Assembly (NCBI GenBank): GCA_963713865.1
Contig: OY970208.1
Location: 1,152,001-1,216,000, forward strand
DNA: 64,000 nt
Direction: 5' to 3'
DNA from: an uncultured candidate division Zixibacteria bacterium
Lineage (GTDB): Bacteria; Zixibacteria; MSB-5A5; RBG-16-43-9
Below are positions 49,528 to 59,336 of the stretch, piece by piece. Made by a program: the position numbers and the translations under genes. Every line of letters starts with the position of its first letter. Within the stretch, counting starts at the first letter, position 1. The notes below the pieces were generated by a model. The model had not been told where the DNA came from and did no database searches. It saw only the letters and a program-made list of their open reading frames with translations.

Positions 49528-49808
49528 GTTTTCCTTTTCCTAATTACTGTACGGTAAAGCTTTAGCTTTACTTTCAAAGAATTTTGGGTAAACCTAAAGG
49601 CTTACACCGCAAAATATCTTTCAGAACATTGAGACGTAGGCAGTGCTTCTCTACTTATTTAAAATTTTCTCTTGACATTCTTTTTAAAAAAACTTAAATA
49701 AATCCTGATTTGTGAAGATATTAAACTTAAAACAGCTTTGCAAGTTAAAACTGAAGACTAAATTTTAAAAAGCCGGTAAATGCATTTCGGCTCGTAGAGA
49801 GGTAAAAG

Positions 49809-50990
49809 TTGGATCTGTTCGAAAAGTGCAAAAGGTTTACCGAGGCAAAAAAGGTAATGGCAACTGGCTATTACCCTTTTTTCATCCCCATATCCTCCGG
49901 ACAGGATACCCAGGTAACGGTGCGGGGGAAAGAGATGATAATGATAGGCTCCAATAACTACCTGGGCTTGACCTCTCACCCTGAGGTTAAACAGGCGGCT
50001 ATAGATGCCATCAAAATCTACGGCTCCGGCTGTACCGGCTCTCGCTTCTTAAACGGAACCTTAGATATTCACGAGGATCTGGAAAGAAAGTTAGCCCAGT
50101 TTATGAACAAAGAATCTGCCCTTGTTTTCTCTACCGGATTCCAAACCAACCTGGGCACTATCTCTGCCTTAGTCAACAAAGGGGAATATATCATAACCGA
50201 CAGGTCTGACCATGCCAGCATAGTGGATGGATGCCGGCTTTCCTTTGGCAAGGTTTTGAAGTTCAGACACAATAACATGTCAGATTTAAAAAGGGTCCTT
50301 TCCACCTGTCCTAAACATTCCGGAAAACTTATCGTGATAGATGGAGTCTTCAGTATGGAGGGGGATATAGCCAAACTGCCGGATATAGTGGAACTGGCCA
50401 GGAAATACCACATGCGGGTTATGGTGGATGATGCCCATTCCATCGGGGTACTGGGTAAAAATGGCAGAGGTACGGCTGAGCATTTTAAATTAGAAGATGA
50501 AGTGGATATCATAATGGGGACATTCTCCAAATCTTTTGCCTCCATCGGAGGATTTATTGCGGCCAAAGAAGAGGTTATCCATTATATAAAACATTTCTCT
50601 AGGGCATTGATTTTCTCAGCCAGTCCACCACCGGCTGCAGTTGCCACAGTTTCCAAAGCTTTAGACATAATCATTGCAGAGCCAGAGAGAAGAGAAAGAC
50701 TCTGGCAAATAGCCCGCAAGATGCACGAGGGTTACAGAGCATTAGGATTTGATATCGGAGATACCGAAACTCCGATAATCCCGATACTAATCGGTGAAAA
50801 TATGAAGACCTTCAAGTTCTGGAAGCTGCTTTTCGATGAGGGGATCTTCGCCAATACCGCCATCAGCCCCGCAGTCCCACCCGGCACCGCCCGCATCCGC
50901 ACCAGCTACACCGCCACCCATACCGATGATCAGATGAATAGAGTCTTAGAAGTTTTTGAAAAAGTGGGGAAAAAGATGGGGGTAATATAA
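49809..50990 (+). CDS. spt: Alpha-oxoamine synthase, probable serine palmitoyltransferase
   Basis: GSNNYLGLT, GSGCTGSRFLNGT, DHAS, DGVFSMEGD, DDAHS, PLP-lysine motif GTFSKS (Spt-type), IFSAS.PP; divergent from CerR-like gene. Confidence 0.72.
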   Translation: MDLFEKCKRFTEAKKVMATGYYPFFIPISSGQDTQVTVRGKEMIMIGSNNYLGLTSHPEVKQAAIDAIKIYGSGCTGSRFLNGTLDIHEDLERKLAQFMNKESALVFSTGFQTNLGTISALVNKGEYIITDRSDHASIVDGCRLSFGKVLKFRHNNMSDLKRVLSTCPKHSGKLIVIDGVFSMEGDIAKLPDIVELARKYHMRVMVDDAHSIGVLGKNGRGTAEHFKLEDEVDIIMGTFSKSFASIGGFIAAKEEVIHYIKHFSRALIFSASPPPAAVATVSKALDIIIAEPERRERLWQIARKMHEGYRALGFDIGDTETPIIPILIGENMKTFKFWKLLFDEGIFANTAISPAVPPGTARIRTSYTATHTDDQMNRVLEVFEKVGKKMGVI

Positions 50991-51198
50991 AGAAAGTTTA
51001 AAGGTTCAAAAGTTCAAGGGAAAAAGAATGATATGGAATGCATCCCGCCATAGGCGAGGCTCGCTAAAGGCGGCATCCGTGATGATGCTTTGGTTCGGGA
51101 ATTGGAATTCCCGAACCAACTTTAAAAAATATTTTGAGTGCATCCCGCCTTTGGCAGGATGCAGGCATTAACACGGTTAATGCACTCCAAATAAATAT

Positions 51199-52287
51199 AT
51201 GCCTAAACTTATAAAAAAACGCTCTGAAAAAGCCGGGCTTCCGCCGGGGAGTCTGGTACACATCGGGGAGAAGAGGGTCGAGGAAGTAAAAATAACCATA
51301 ATCGATTACGATGAAACCCATTTTCAGGAAAAAGAGGTAAAAGCGATTGACGAATGCTTCATCTTTAAGGATAAGCTTACTGTTACCTGGATAAATGTGG
51401 AGGGGATACATCAAGTCGATATCTTAGAGAGATTAGGCGAGTGCTATGGATTCCATCCCCTTATCTTAGAAGATATCTTGAACACGGACCAGCGCCCGAA
51501 AATGGAGAATTTCGGTGAGTATCTCTATATCGTCCTGAAAATGCTTTACCCGAATAACAAAAATACTCCTGCGGATCCAAAAGCAGAAGAAATAGTAACC
51601 GAGCAGATAAGTTTGATCCTGGGCACTAATTTTGTCATCTCTTTCCAGGAAGGGATGAAAGGAGATGTGTTCGAGCCGGTTAGGGAGCGGCTCAGGAGCT
51701 CCAAAGGGCTGATAAGGAAAATGAGAGCAGATTATTTAGCTTATTCCCTGATGGATGCCATCGTGGACAACTATTTTATAATTCTGGAAAAGCTCGGAGA
51801 TAAAATAGAGTTCCTGGAGGAGAAATTAATCGCCAGTCCAGGCTCAGAGACTCTAAAGACAATTCATGACTTAAAAAGGGAGATGATCTTCTTGCGTAAA
51901 TCGGTATGGCCATTAAGGGAGGTGCTGGGCGCTTTGGAAAGAGGTGATTCCTCTCTGGTCCAGGATTCAACCCGCATCTACGTAAGAGATATTTACGACC
52001 ATACCATTCAGGTCATAGATACAATAGAGACTTTCCGGGATATGCTTTCCGGGATGCTGGATATATATCTTTCCAGTGTGAGCAATAGATTGAATGCGGT
52101 GATGAAGGTATTGACTATAATCGCTACAATATTTATGCCGCTCACCTTTCTGGCTGGAATCTACGGGATGAATTTTAAATTTATGCCAGAACTTGAGTGG
52201 CGCTGGGGTTATCTTTTAATCTGGATGGTTATGCTTGGCATCGGGGTTTTTATGCTTTTTTATTTTAAGAAAAAGAAGTGGTTATGA
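51199..52287 (+). CDS. corA: Magnesium/cobalt transporter CorA
   Basis: GLPPGSL.H.G, HPL.LEDI....QRPK.E, YGMNF..MPEL.W. Confidence 0.96.
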   Translation: MPKLIKKRSEKAGLPPGSLVHIGEKRVEEVKITIIDYDETHFQEKEVKAIDECFIFKDKLTVTWINVEGIHQVDILERLGECYGFHPLILEDILNTDQRPKMENFGEYLYIVLKMLYPNNKNTPADPKAEEIVTEQISLILGTNFVISFQEGMKGDVFEPVRERLRSSKGLIRKMRADYLAYSLMDAIVDNYFIILEKLGDKIEFLEEKLIASPGSETLKTIHDLKREMIFLRKSVWPLREVLGALERGDSSLVQDSTRIYVRDIYDHTIQVIDTIETFRDMLSGMLDIYLSSVSNRLNAVMKVLTIIATIFMPLTFLAGIYGMNFKFMPELEWRWGYLLIWMVMLGIGVFMLFYFKKKKWL

Positions 52288-52646
52288 AAAATATGGAGTG
52301 CATCATCCGTGATAAGGCACTTTAGTTCCTCTCCCCTGGTGGGAGAGGATTAAGGAGAGGGGAAAGATAAGGATAATCGGTAAACCCATGTTGTTCTCAA
52401 CATGAGTTACACTCCTGCTCTTACGGATCCGTTTATAAGATTTGAGGGAAAGGCGGGAATAGGTAGCTTATAAGTCTATGAAGCGTATCCATTGGATACG
52501 TACGCTGATTCATTCGATATACTCGCAAATCCCTCTTTTAGACTCTGAGAGAAGAGATTTACAAAAACTCTAATGAATTAACCAATATGGGTAGAAAGTA
52601 TCCAGGGGTGTAAGATAAATCATCAATTCATTTTAAAACAATCTGG

Positions 52647-53675
52647 ATGAAAATGACTAAGACGAAAATAATCTGTACCTTGGGACCCTCGAGCGGAAAT
52701 GTCAAGGTGCTGAAAAAGATGATGTTAGCCGGGATGGAGGTAGCAAGGCTTAATTTTTCTCATGGGAACTCTGCGGAACATCAAAACCGAATAAATCTAA
52801 TAAAAGGTTTGAATAGTAAATATAAACGCAATATAAAGATATTGCAGGACTTAGAAGGCTACCGGATAAGAATCGGCAGGTTCAAGGATAAAAAAGAAAT
52901 TGAATTAAAAAAAAGACAGATTGTTCTGTTAACTAATAAAGATCAAGCAGGAGATAAAGAGATTATACCATTCGATTACCAGGGTGAATTAAGCGATATC
53001 AAAATTGATAGTTTCATCTATATAGACGATGGATATATCGCTCTAAAAGTAAAATCCAGGTCCAGGAATTATATCCAAGCAGAGGTAGTTATTCCGGGGG
53101 TCTTAAAGGAAAACAAGGGGGTTAATATTCCAGGAGCCAATTTGAGATTTAAAGATTTAACCGAAAAAGATAGAACGGATTTAAGATTTGGTATAAAAAA
53201 TAAAGTGGATTTTATTGCCCAGTCGTTTGTAAGAAACAAACAGGATATTAAAAACATCAGAGATTTCATCCGGGGCAACGATTTTAACTGCCGGATTATT
53301 GCCAAGATCGAAAACCAGGACGGGATCAGGAATATCGACAAGATATTGGAAGTGTCTGACGGTATCATGGTCGCGCGGGGAGATATGGGAGTCTCTTTGC
53401 CCATATATGAGGTTCCAATATGGCAGAAGATTATAATAGAAAAATGTAACCTTGAAAATAAATTTGTCATCACCGCTACCCAGATGCTGGAAAGTATGAC
53501 CGAACATATAAGGCCAACGCGGGCAGAGGTAAGCGATGTGGCTAATGCGATAATGGATGGATCTGATTATTTGATGCTTTCGGCTGAGACGGCAGTTGGA
53601 AAACTTCCGGTTGAGGCAGTGAAGATGATGCACCAGATTATCAAATATACTGAAAAGTTCCTGAAGAAGGATTGA
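52647..53675 (+). CDS. pyk: Pyruvate kinase, short form lacking the C-terminal domain
   Basis: [59 protein letters not shown]. Confidence 0.92.
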   Translation: MKMTKTKIICTLGPSSGNVKVLKKMMLAGMEVARLNFSHGNSAEHQNRINLIKGLNSKYKRNIKILQDLEGYRIRIGRFKDKKEIELKKRQIVLLTNKDQAGDKEIIPFDYQGELSDIKIDSFIYIDDGYIALKVKSRSRNYIQAEVVIPGVLKENKGVNIPGANLRFKDLTEKDRTDLRFGIKNKVDFIAQSFVRNKQDIKNIRDFIRGNDFNCRIIAKIENQDGIRNIDKILEVSDGIMVARGDMGVSLPIYEVPIWQKIIIEKCNLENKFVITATQMLESMTEHIRPTRAEVSDVANAIMDGSDYLMLSAETAVGKLPVEAVKMMHQIIKYTEKFLKKD

Positions 53676-53927
53676 AAGCTGTAATATTTTTTCATCCATT
53701 GTAAAGCTGGTGAGGAAATTCTGACTCTTGCACCGGTAAAGATGACCCTAAATGTTATCCGAGCAAAAGCGAGGAATCTGTGGAATCTTCAGTCGTTACG
53801 TTACTTCAGAATGACGTAGAATCGGAAATCACACAGTGTGCCCTCAAAGAAGATAAACACTTCTGAAGCAACTGGAGAACCGCATTGACACGGTCAATTC
53901 ATCTCAAAAACCACTCCCAAAACAAAA

Positions 53928-54000
53928 TGCGCCTTGCAGGAATCGAACCTGCGACCCACTGATTAAGAGTCAGTTGCTCTACCAGCTGAGCTAAAGGCGC
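53928..54000 (-). tRNA. tRNA-Lys(CTT), CCA not encoded
   Basis: GCGCCTTTAGCTCAGCTGGTAGAGCAACTGACT-CTT-AATCAGTGGGTCGCAGGTTCGATTCCTGCAAGGCGCA cloverleaf. Confidence 0.97.
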
Positions 54001-54268
54001 AATTTATCTATAATATTAGCCAAACTCTAAAAGTTTAGCTGCATAATTCAAAACAGCTCAATCTTCTTTCAAATATAGTGCATCAAAAGGATTTTTGTCA
54101 AGCTTTTTCCAGAGAAGACCTCTGAAAAGCTCGTAATGCGGGGCTGGGAGCCCAGCCTACGAGGATTTTAAGCGGAGAGATTAGTAGTTGCTCGATTTGT
54201 CAAGCTAAAAATACCTATTGAATCAGGTAACTGTATATTAAAAAATGTTATTAATCGATTTGGGGGTT

Positions 54269-57164
54269 TTACTTTTGAGGGACCTGAAGCTGATATTGTT
54301 TCATCTTGAATCTCAGGCTGGACTCAGGTATTTTCAAAGCTTGAGCGGCAAATTTTTTCACCCAGTTATTTTCGATCAAGGCCTTAAGAAGATACTGTTT
54401 CTCTAATAAGGAGAGCCTCTCATATAAAGATAGACTCTCTTTTTTGAATTCTTTGGGCAGAGGGAACTTATCCGATAGTAGCTCTTCCAACTTGAATTCG
54501 TCGCTCTGGCTGTAAGCTAAAATACGCTTGGTCTCATTTTCTAACTCCCGTACATTCCCGGGCCAATCATATTCAGAACAGAGCTCCAGGATTAAAGGTT
54601 TTAAAGAGAACGCCTTCTGGTCTCCTTTAGAATGGGTTTTTATGAAATAGTCAACTAAAAGAGGTATATCTTCTCTTCTTTCCTTTAAAGGGAGAAGCTT
54701 GAGATTAACTGCATTCAATCTAAAATAAAGGTCCTTGCGGAAGCGGCCTTGTGCGACTTCTTCTTCTAAATTCTTATTGGTGGAAGCGACAATCCGGATG
54801 TCGATCTTCTTGGGTTTGGTCTCTCCTAAGCGGGTGATAACCTTCTCCTCCAGTACTCTAAGTAGTTTTACCTGAATAGATGGGCTTAAATCTCCGATCT
54901 CGTCTAAATAAAGAGTTCCTCCATCCGCTTCCTCGAAAAGCCCCTTTTTGTCAAAGGTGGCACCGGTATAGGAACCTTTCTTATGCCCGAAGAGTTCGGA
55001 TTCTAACAAAGGCTCAGGCAGAGCCGCACAGTTAACAGCCACAAAATTCTTATCTTTACGGTTGCTGGAATAATGCAATGCCTTAGCCAAGAAGTCTTTA
55101 CCTGTTCCGGTCTCCCCTTCGAAAAGGACCGAGAGATTAGTATCCTTGATCTGCTCCAGCTTCCACAAGATCTTGAGCATCTGACTGTTGCGGGTGATGA
55201 TCTGGGAGAAGGAGCATCTTTCTTCCAAAAGCTTTCTTAACCTTAAATTATCTTCCTGCAGATTTCTCTTCTGAAGCTCAGAGAGTTTCAAAGCTAACAG
55301 ATCCGAAAAGGCTACTGCGAAATTCAGCTCTTTCTGGGTGAAGGATGAAATATCATTAACCCGGTCAAGATAGATGAAGCCGCAGACCTCCTCTCCGGTT
55401 AAAAGAGGTATGAGCAGGAGAGAGTTTATCTTCCCATTTTCTAAAACCTTCTGAACAGATGTGGGGTGAGTAAAGATCAAAGGCTTAAAGAGATTATCCT
55501 TAGTATCAGCAGAGGAGAGATTAAAGGAATTAGAAGGGACTAAACTCTTAGCCAGATTCCTGGCTTTGTCTGGCTCGATGTTATAGAGTGAAGGGCAAGA
55601 AGGCTCTTCTGCTACTCCGTTTCTATAAACTATAAAACCTCTTTCAGCCTGAATCTTAGAAGCCAAAACTATTAATCTTTCTTCCAGAACTTCCTTCCTG
55701 TATATCCTGATATTCAGTATCAGAGAAGTACTTCCTGAAAAGCTTGAATTCGTTTTCCGAGGAAAGGCTTTTCAGGCTTAAACTCTTTTCTATTTCATCC
55801 CGCAAATCACTGCAAAGGGAAAGATTCTCCTTTTCTTCAAGTTCTTCAAATATTTTTTCAGCTTTATTCAGAGAATAGAGAGAGTTTTCAAAATTTTCCT
55901 GTTCAAGTTCAAGTTTAGCATGAGTAAACTCAGTTAATCCTTCAAGATATCTCAAATTCAATTCAGCGGAAAGCTTCTTCGCCTTTCCCAAACAATTCAG
56001 TTTTTCCGGATAATCGAAACCCTGGTTACGAGATAAGGAGATATATACCTTGATCTGCTCATATTTAGCATCGATTTCCTCTAAGAGGCTAACCCCTTTC
56101 TCAAAGGCTTCTCTGGCTTTATCCTTTTCATTTTTCAGGCTGTAGATTTCGCCGGAGATCTTATAAGCCAATCCCTCCTCTAATTTTTCACCCAAGGCTT
56201 TAGAAACTTTTAAGGATTTCTCAACATCCTCTGAGGCTTTTTCTAATTCATTTCCCCTTAGCTCTAACTCGGCTAAAAGCCTGTAGCTCTGGCTGATAAT
56301 GCCACCTTCTGGTGCTATCTTTTCTCCGATTTTAATAGCATTCAGATAACAGGATTTAGCCTCCTCTAACTTTTTCTGTTGAAAATATAGTTCCCCTTGA
56401 TACTCGTAATAGATGGCTAAATCTCTTAAGGATTCGTTTCTGCTAAGAAGCTGAAAAGCTCGGAGAAAATAGGAAGAGGCTTTTTTAAACTCTCTTTTTA
56501 AAATCTTAAGATAACCTAGGGAGAGGAGGCAACGAGATAAATTAATTTTCTGGCCAGCATTCTTAGTTTCCTTTATGTTGGATAAAAGATGCTTTTCAGC
56601 TAAGTCCAGTTCACCGCTCAGGGTGTAAATTCTACCCAAGTTTCTCTGGAATATACCGAGGGTTACCCAATCCCGGCTTTTTTCTAAATAGGAGATGCAT
56701 TCCTTAAGGTATTCTACAGCCTGCACATAATCCGAACGGATGAAACAGATCTGGGCAAGTTTGTTATAGCTCTGGACAATCCCTCTCTCCTCGTCTATCC
56801 TTCTACAAGTGGCAATTGAATCCCTGAACTCATTTTCTGCCTGTTTCAATCTCCCTGAAGCAAGATAAGATTTGCCCAGGATTGATTGTACCTGGGCAAT
56901 CCTTTTGTTCTCTATGGTGTTCCTGAAGAGTTCAAAAGATTTTTTACCGCTCTCCAGCGATTCGTCGTATCTGCCCAGACCGTATAATGCCACTGCGGAA
57001 AGATAATAGAATACCCCCATATCCAAAGAGCTGGTATTTAAACCTCCTTGGGTTTCAACCTCCTTGAGCTGTTGCCCGGCCTCCTTGAATTTATCTTTTT
57101 CTAAGAGGTGTTCAATCTGCTCAAGTCTTTCCTTAATTGATAAACCTTCTAATTTCTCCTTCAT
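54269..57164 (-). CDS. TPR-GAF-AAA+-HTH sigma54 enhancer-binding protein (~964 aa), split by an apparent +1 frameshift at 55684-55690
   Basis: Long N-terminal TPR array; removing one T gives ..QEGS-LEERLIVLASKIQAER..; GAF; GETGTGKD, ESELFGHKKGSYTGA, LYLDEIG, FRKDLYFRLN, WPGNVREL, Fis-type HTH. Confidence 0.85.
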
Positions 57165-57466
57165 TTCTTCCTAGGTAAAGAAACGTTTTTGACTGACACA
57201 TCCTTATTGACAACTTCCTGACTTTTCTCTTTCACTACCACGATGATAACTCCAGAATTAAGAAGTGGTGATGAGAAGATATAGACTTGACTGGTGGACG
57301 GGGTTAGATCCGGATTCCTGATAATTGGGGGCTGTGGTCGCTTTACTTCCTCCCACGGGTGTTCTAATACAGGAATATCTGAACCATCGCCCGCGTAAAC
57401 AAGCGGAACTGAGAATGAGAATATGAGAAGTATCAAAAAGGGTGTCAGGCACTTCCTTAAAGTCAT
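57161..57466 (-). CDS. Small secreted peptide/protein (signal peptide + GDGSDIPVLEHPWEE...)
   Basis: AAGGAGG RBS; Sec signal peptide ending VYA; stop overlaps the start of the TPR-bEBP gene (ATGA). Confidence 0.72.
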   Translation of the reverse strand: MTLRKCLTPFLILLIFSFSVPLVYAGDGSDIPVLEHPWEEVKRPQPPIIRNPDLTPSTSQVYIFSSPLLNSGVIIVVVKEKSQEVVNKDVSVKNVSLPRKK

Positions 57467-57764
57467 CTTTTTCGCCTCCTTTGCGCTTTTTTGGTTTTCT
57501 TTACCTTACTACTTCTTTCAAAAATGAGCTTTAAAACATCAATACAAAATAGATTTCTTACCACTAAAAATTTAGTCTATTTTAAAATATTGTCAAGTCT
57601 TTTTTTCAAAAATCTAACCAGAGAATCTTTTTATCTTACAATAAGTTATACGAACGAAGGGATTGATTTTGGAGCCAATTTCAGGATTGGTATTTCCAGG
57701 GGGAACAACTTAGATTTAAATTGCAGTGAAAGACTAATTTTAAAAGGATAGTTGATTAGATAAA

Positions 57765-58214
57765 CTACATCCCAGTTACTCTCAAGTTATATATTTTCCA
57801 CTTTCCATCTTTGAAGTAAAGACCCATGTTAGTATAATTCTTAATCCCGGTTATTTTGCTGACATAGGTAACTTCAACTGCGGCTGAATCCCTTTTAACT
57901 TTTGATTTCCCTATTACTACCAAACTGTTTTTCCAGCTCATCCGGGTAGATCCATCTCCGGTTAAATCTCTCAAAATTTCCTGTCTGATGTTAGGATAAA
58001 GTTCCTCCTTCTCTTTTACCGAAAAACCTTTCAGATTTTCACCTGCAATGTACTCCAAATCCAGATATTCCTTTAAAGCGGTGGTATCAGATTGATCCAC
58101 TGCGGTCATAAGTTTTTTTACCTCTTCCCTGGGATCAGGTTTATTAGAGCAGGAAGTCAAGGAGATTATAAAAAGTAAAAGGGATAAACCGATCATTTGA
58201 AAAAGCCTTTTCAT
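57765..58214 (-). CDS. Small lipoprotein, NTF2-like (DUF4878-like)
   Basis: Lipobox LTSC; A.VEVTY ... DGKWKI C-terminus. Confidence 0.7.
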   Translation of the reverse strand: MKRLFQMIGLSLLLFIISLTSCSNKPDPREEVKKLMTAVDQSDTTALKEYLDLEYIAGENLKGFSVKEKEELYPNIRQEILRDLTGDGSTRMSWKNSLVVIGKSKVKRDSAAVEVTYVSKITGIKNYTNMGLYFKDGKWKIYNLRVTGM

Positions 58215-58679
58215 CTTTTCCTCACTTTCTTTTTGGCTGCCAATTTTTTAGGCTTAAACTTTTTAATTGAATCAAACAACTTGTTTTCTTCAGAAGAAAA
58301 TATCACTCAAACTTAAAGGTCTGTCAATACCTATTTATAGAATATTTTTGTTTAAAAGGTATCAGGGGCAGGCACAGGGGCCTGCCCCTACCTCTTTCTG
58401 TCATTCTGAAGGAATCCCACCAAAAGCTGGCGACTGAAGAATCTACTTCAAAGCAAAATTCAATAGATTCTTCGATTGACAAGGCGTGATCAGAATAACA
58501 GTAGAAGTAAGGTTATAGTTAAACGTTCCTACAAAACATCTTCAAATCATAAGGGTTAATATAGGGTTTGCTCCTGCATAATTCTGCAATATTAAAGGTT
58601 AATTCTGGTTGACAACTTCAGGATTTGTTACTTACTTTAGCAAAAGGCTTTTTGAAAGAAGGCGGAGGAGATAAAACGA

Positions 58680-59336
58680 ATGGAAAAAGAACTTAAAGTT
58701 TTTATGCAAAGATGTTACAATTCGGTCCTGGAGGGGAATAAAGAGGAGGTTATAAAGTTATCCAGAGAAGCTATTAAATTAAAATACGACCCCTATCTTG
58801 TAGTTGAGAAAGGTCTGGTCGAAGGCATTAAGAAGTTAGGAAAAGAATGGGAGCAGGGGAGTTGTTTTCTACCTGAACTGGTCTTAGGAGCAGAGGCGGT
58901 AAAGGCTGGTATCTCAATTCTACAAAAACAGATTTTAAAAGTAAAGGCTGAAAAGAAAAGATTGCCCCGGCTGATAATCGGCACCATCGAAGGGGATATA
59001 CATGATATCGGAAAGATGTTGGTTGCCACTATGCTCTCAGCCAACGGGTTTGAGGTGATCGATTTAGGCGTGGATGTCAAAGCTGAGGTTTTTGTCAAAT
59101 CTGCAAAAAGGTACGAGCCGAAATTCCTCTGTATTTCGTCTTTACTTACTACTACTATGCAGAATGAGATTCAGGTCATGGAGGGATTAAAAAAAGCTAA
59201 TCTAAGAAAAAAGATCAAAGTTATGGTGGGTGGGGCACCAGCCAGCCAGGGCTGGGCAAAAGAGATCGGAGCAGATTTCTACGGGGAGAATGCTATTTCA
59301 GCAGTAAAAATTGCTCGAAAAGAGATGAGCGAATGA
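58680..59336 (+). CDS. Corrinoid (cobalamin-binding) methyl-carrier protein
   Basis: Cap domain FLPEL, GTIEGDIHDIGK (DxHxxG), SSLLTTTM, KVMVGGAP. Confidence 0.95.
   Translation: MEKELKVFMQRCYNSVLEGNKEEVIKLSREAIKLKYDPYLVVEKGLVEGIKKLGKEWEQGSCFLPELVLGAEAVKAGISILQKQILKVKAEKKRLPRLIIGTIEGDIHDIGKMLVATMLSANGFEVIDLGVDVKAEVFVKSAKRYEPKFLCISSLLTTTMQNEIQVMEGLKKANLRKKIKVMVGGAPASQGWAKEIGADFYGENAISAVKIARKEMSE

Noticed and set aside
53928-54000. tRNA-Lys as integration site of an island
   Set aside because: No duplicated tRNA 3' end or integrase found in the window
47370-57164. Three pseudogenes (aminotransferase, epimerase, sigma54 activator)
   Set aside because: Each is repaired by removing one T at the same motif and has intact catalytic motifs with no other lesions; treated as a probable sequencing artefact
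58320-58680. Cobalamin or SAM riboswitch upstream of the corrinoid operon
   Set aside because: Hairpins here belong to REP families D and E; no B12-box or S-box core seen
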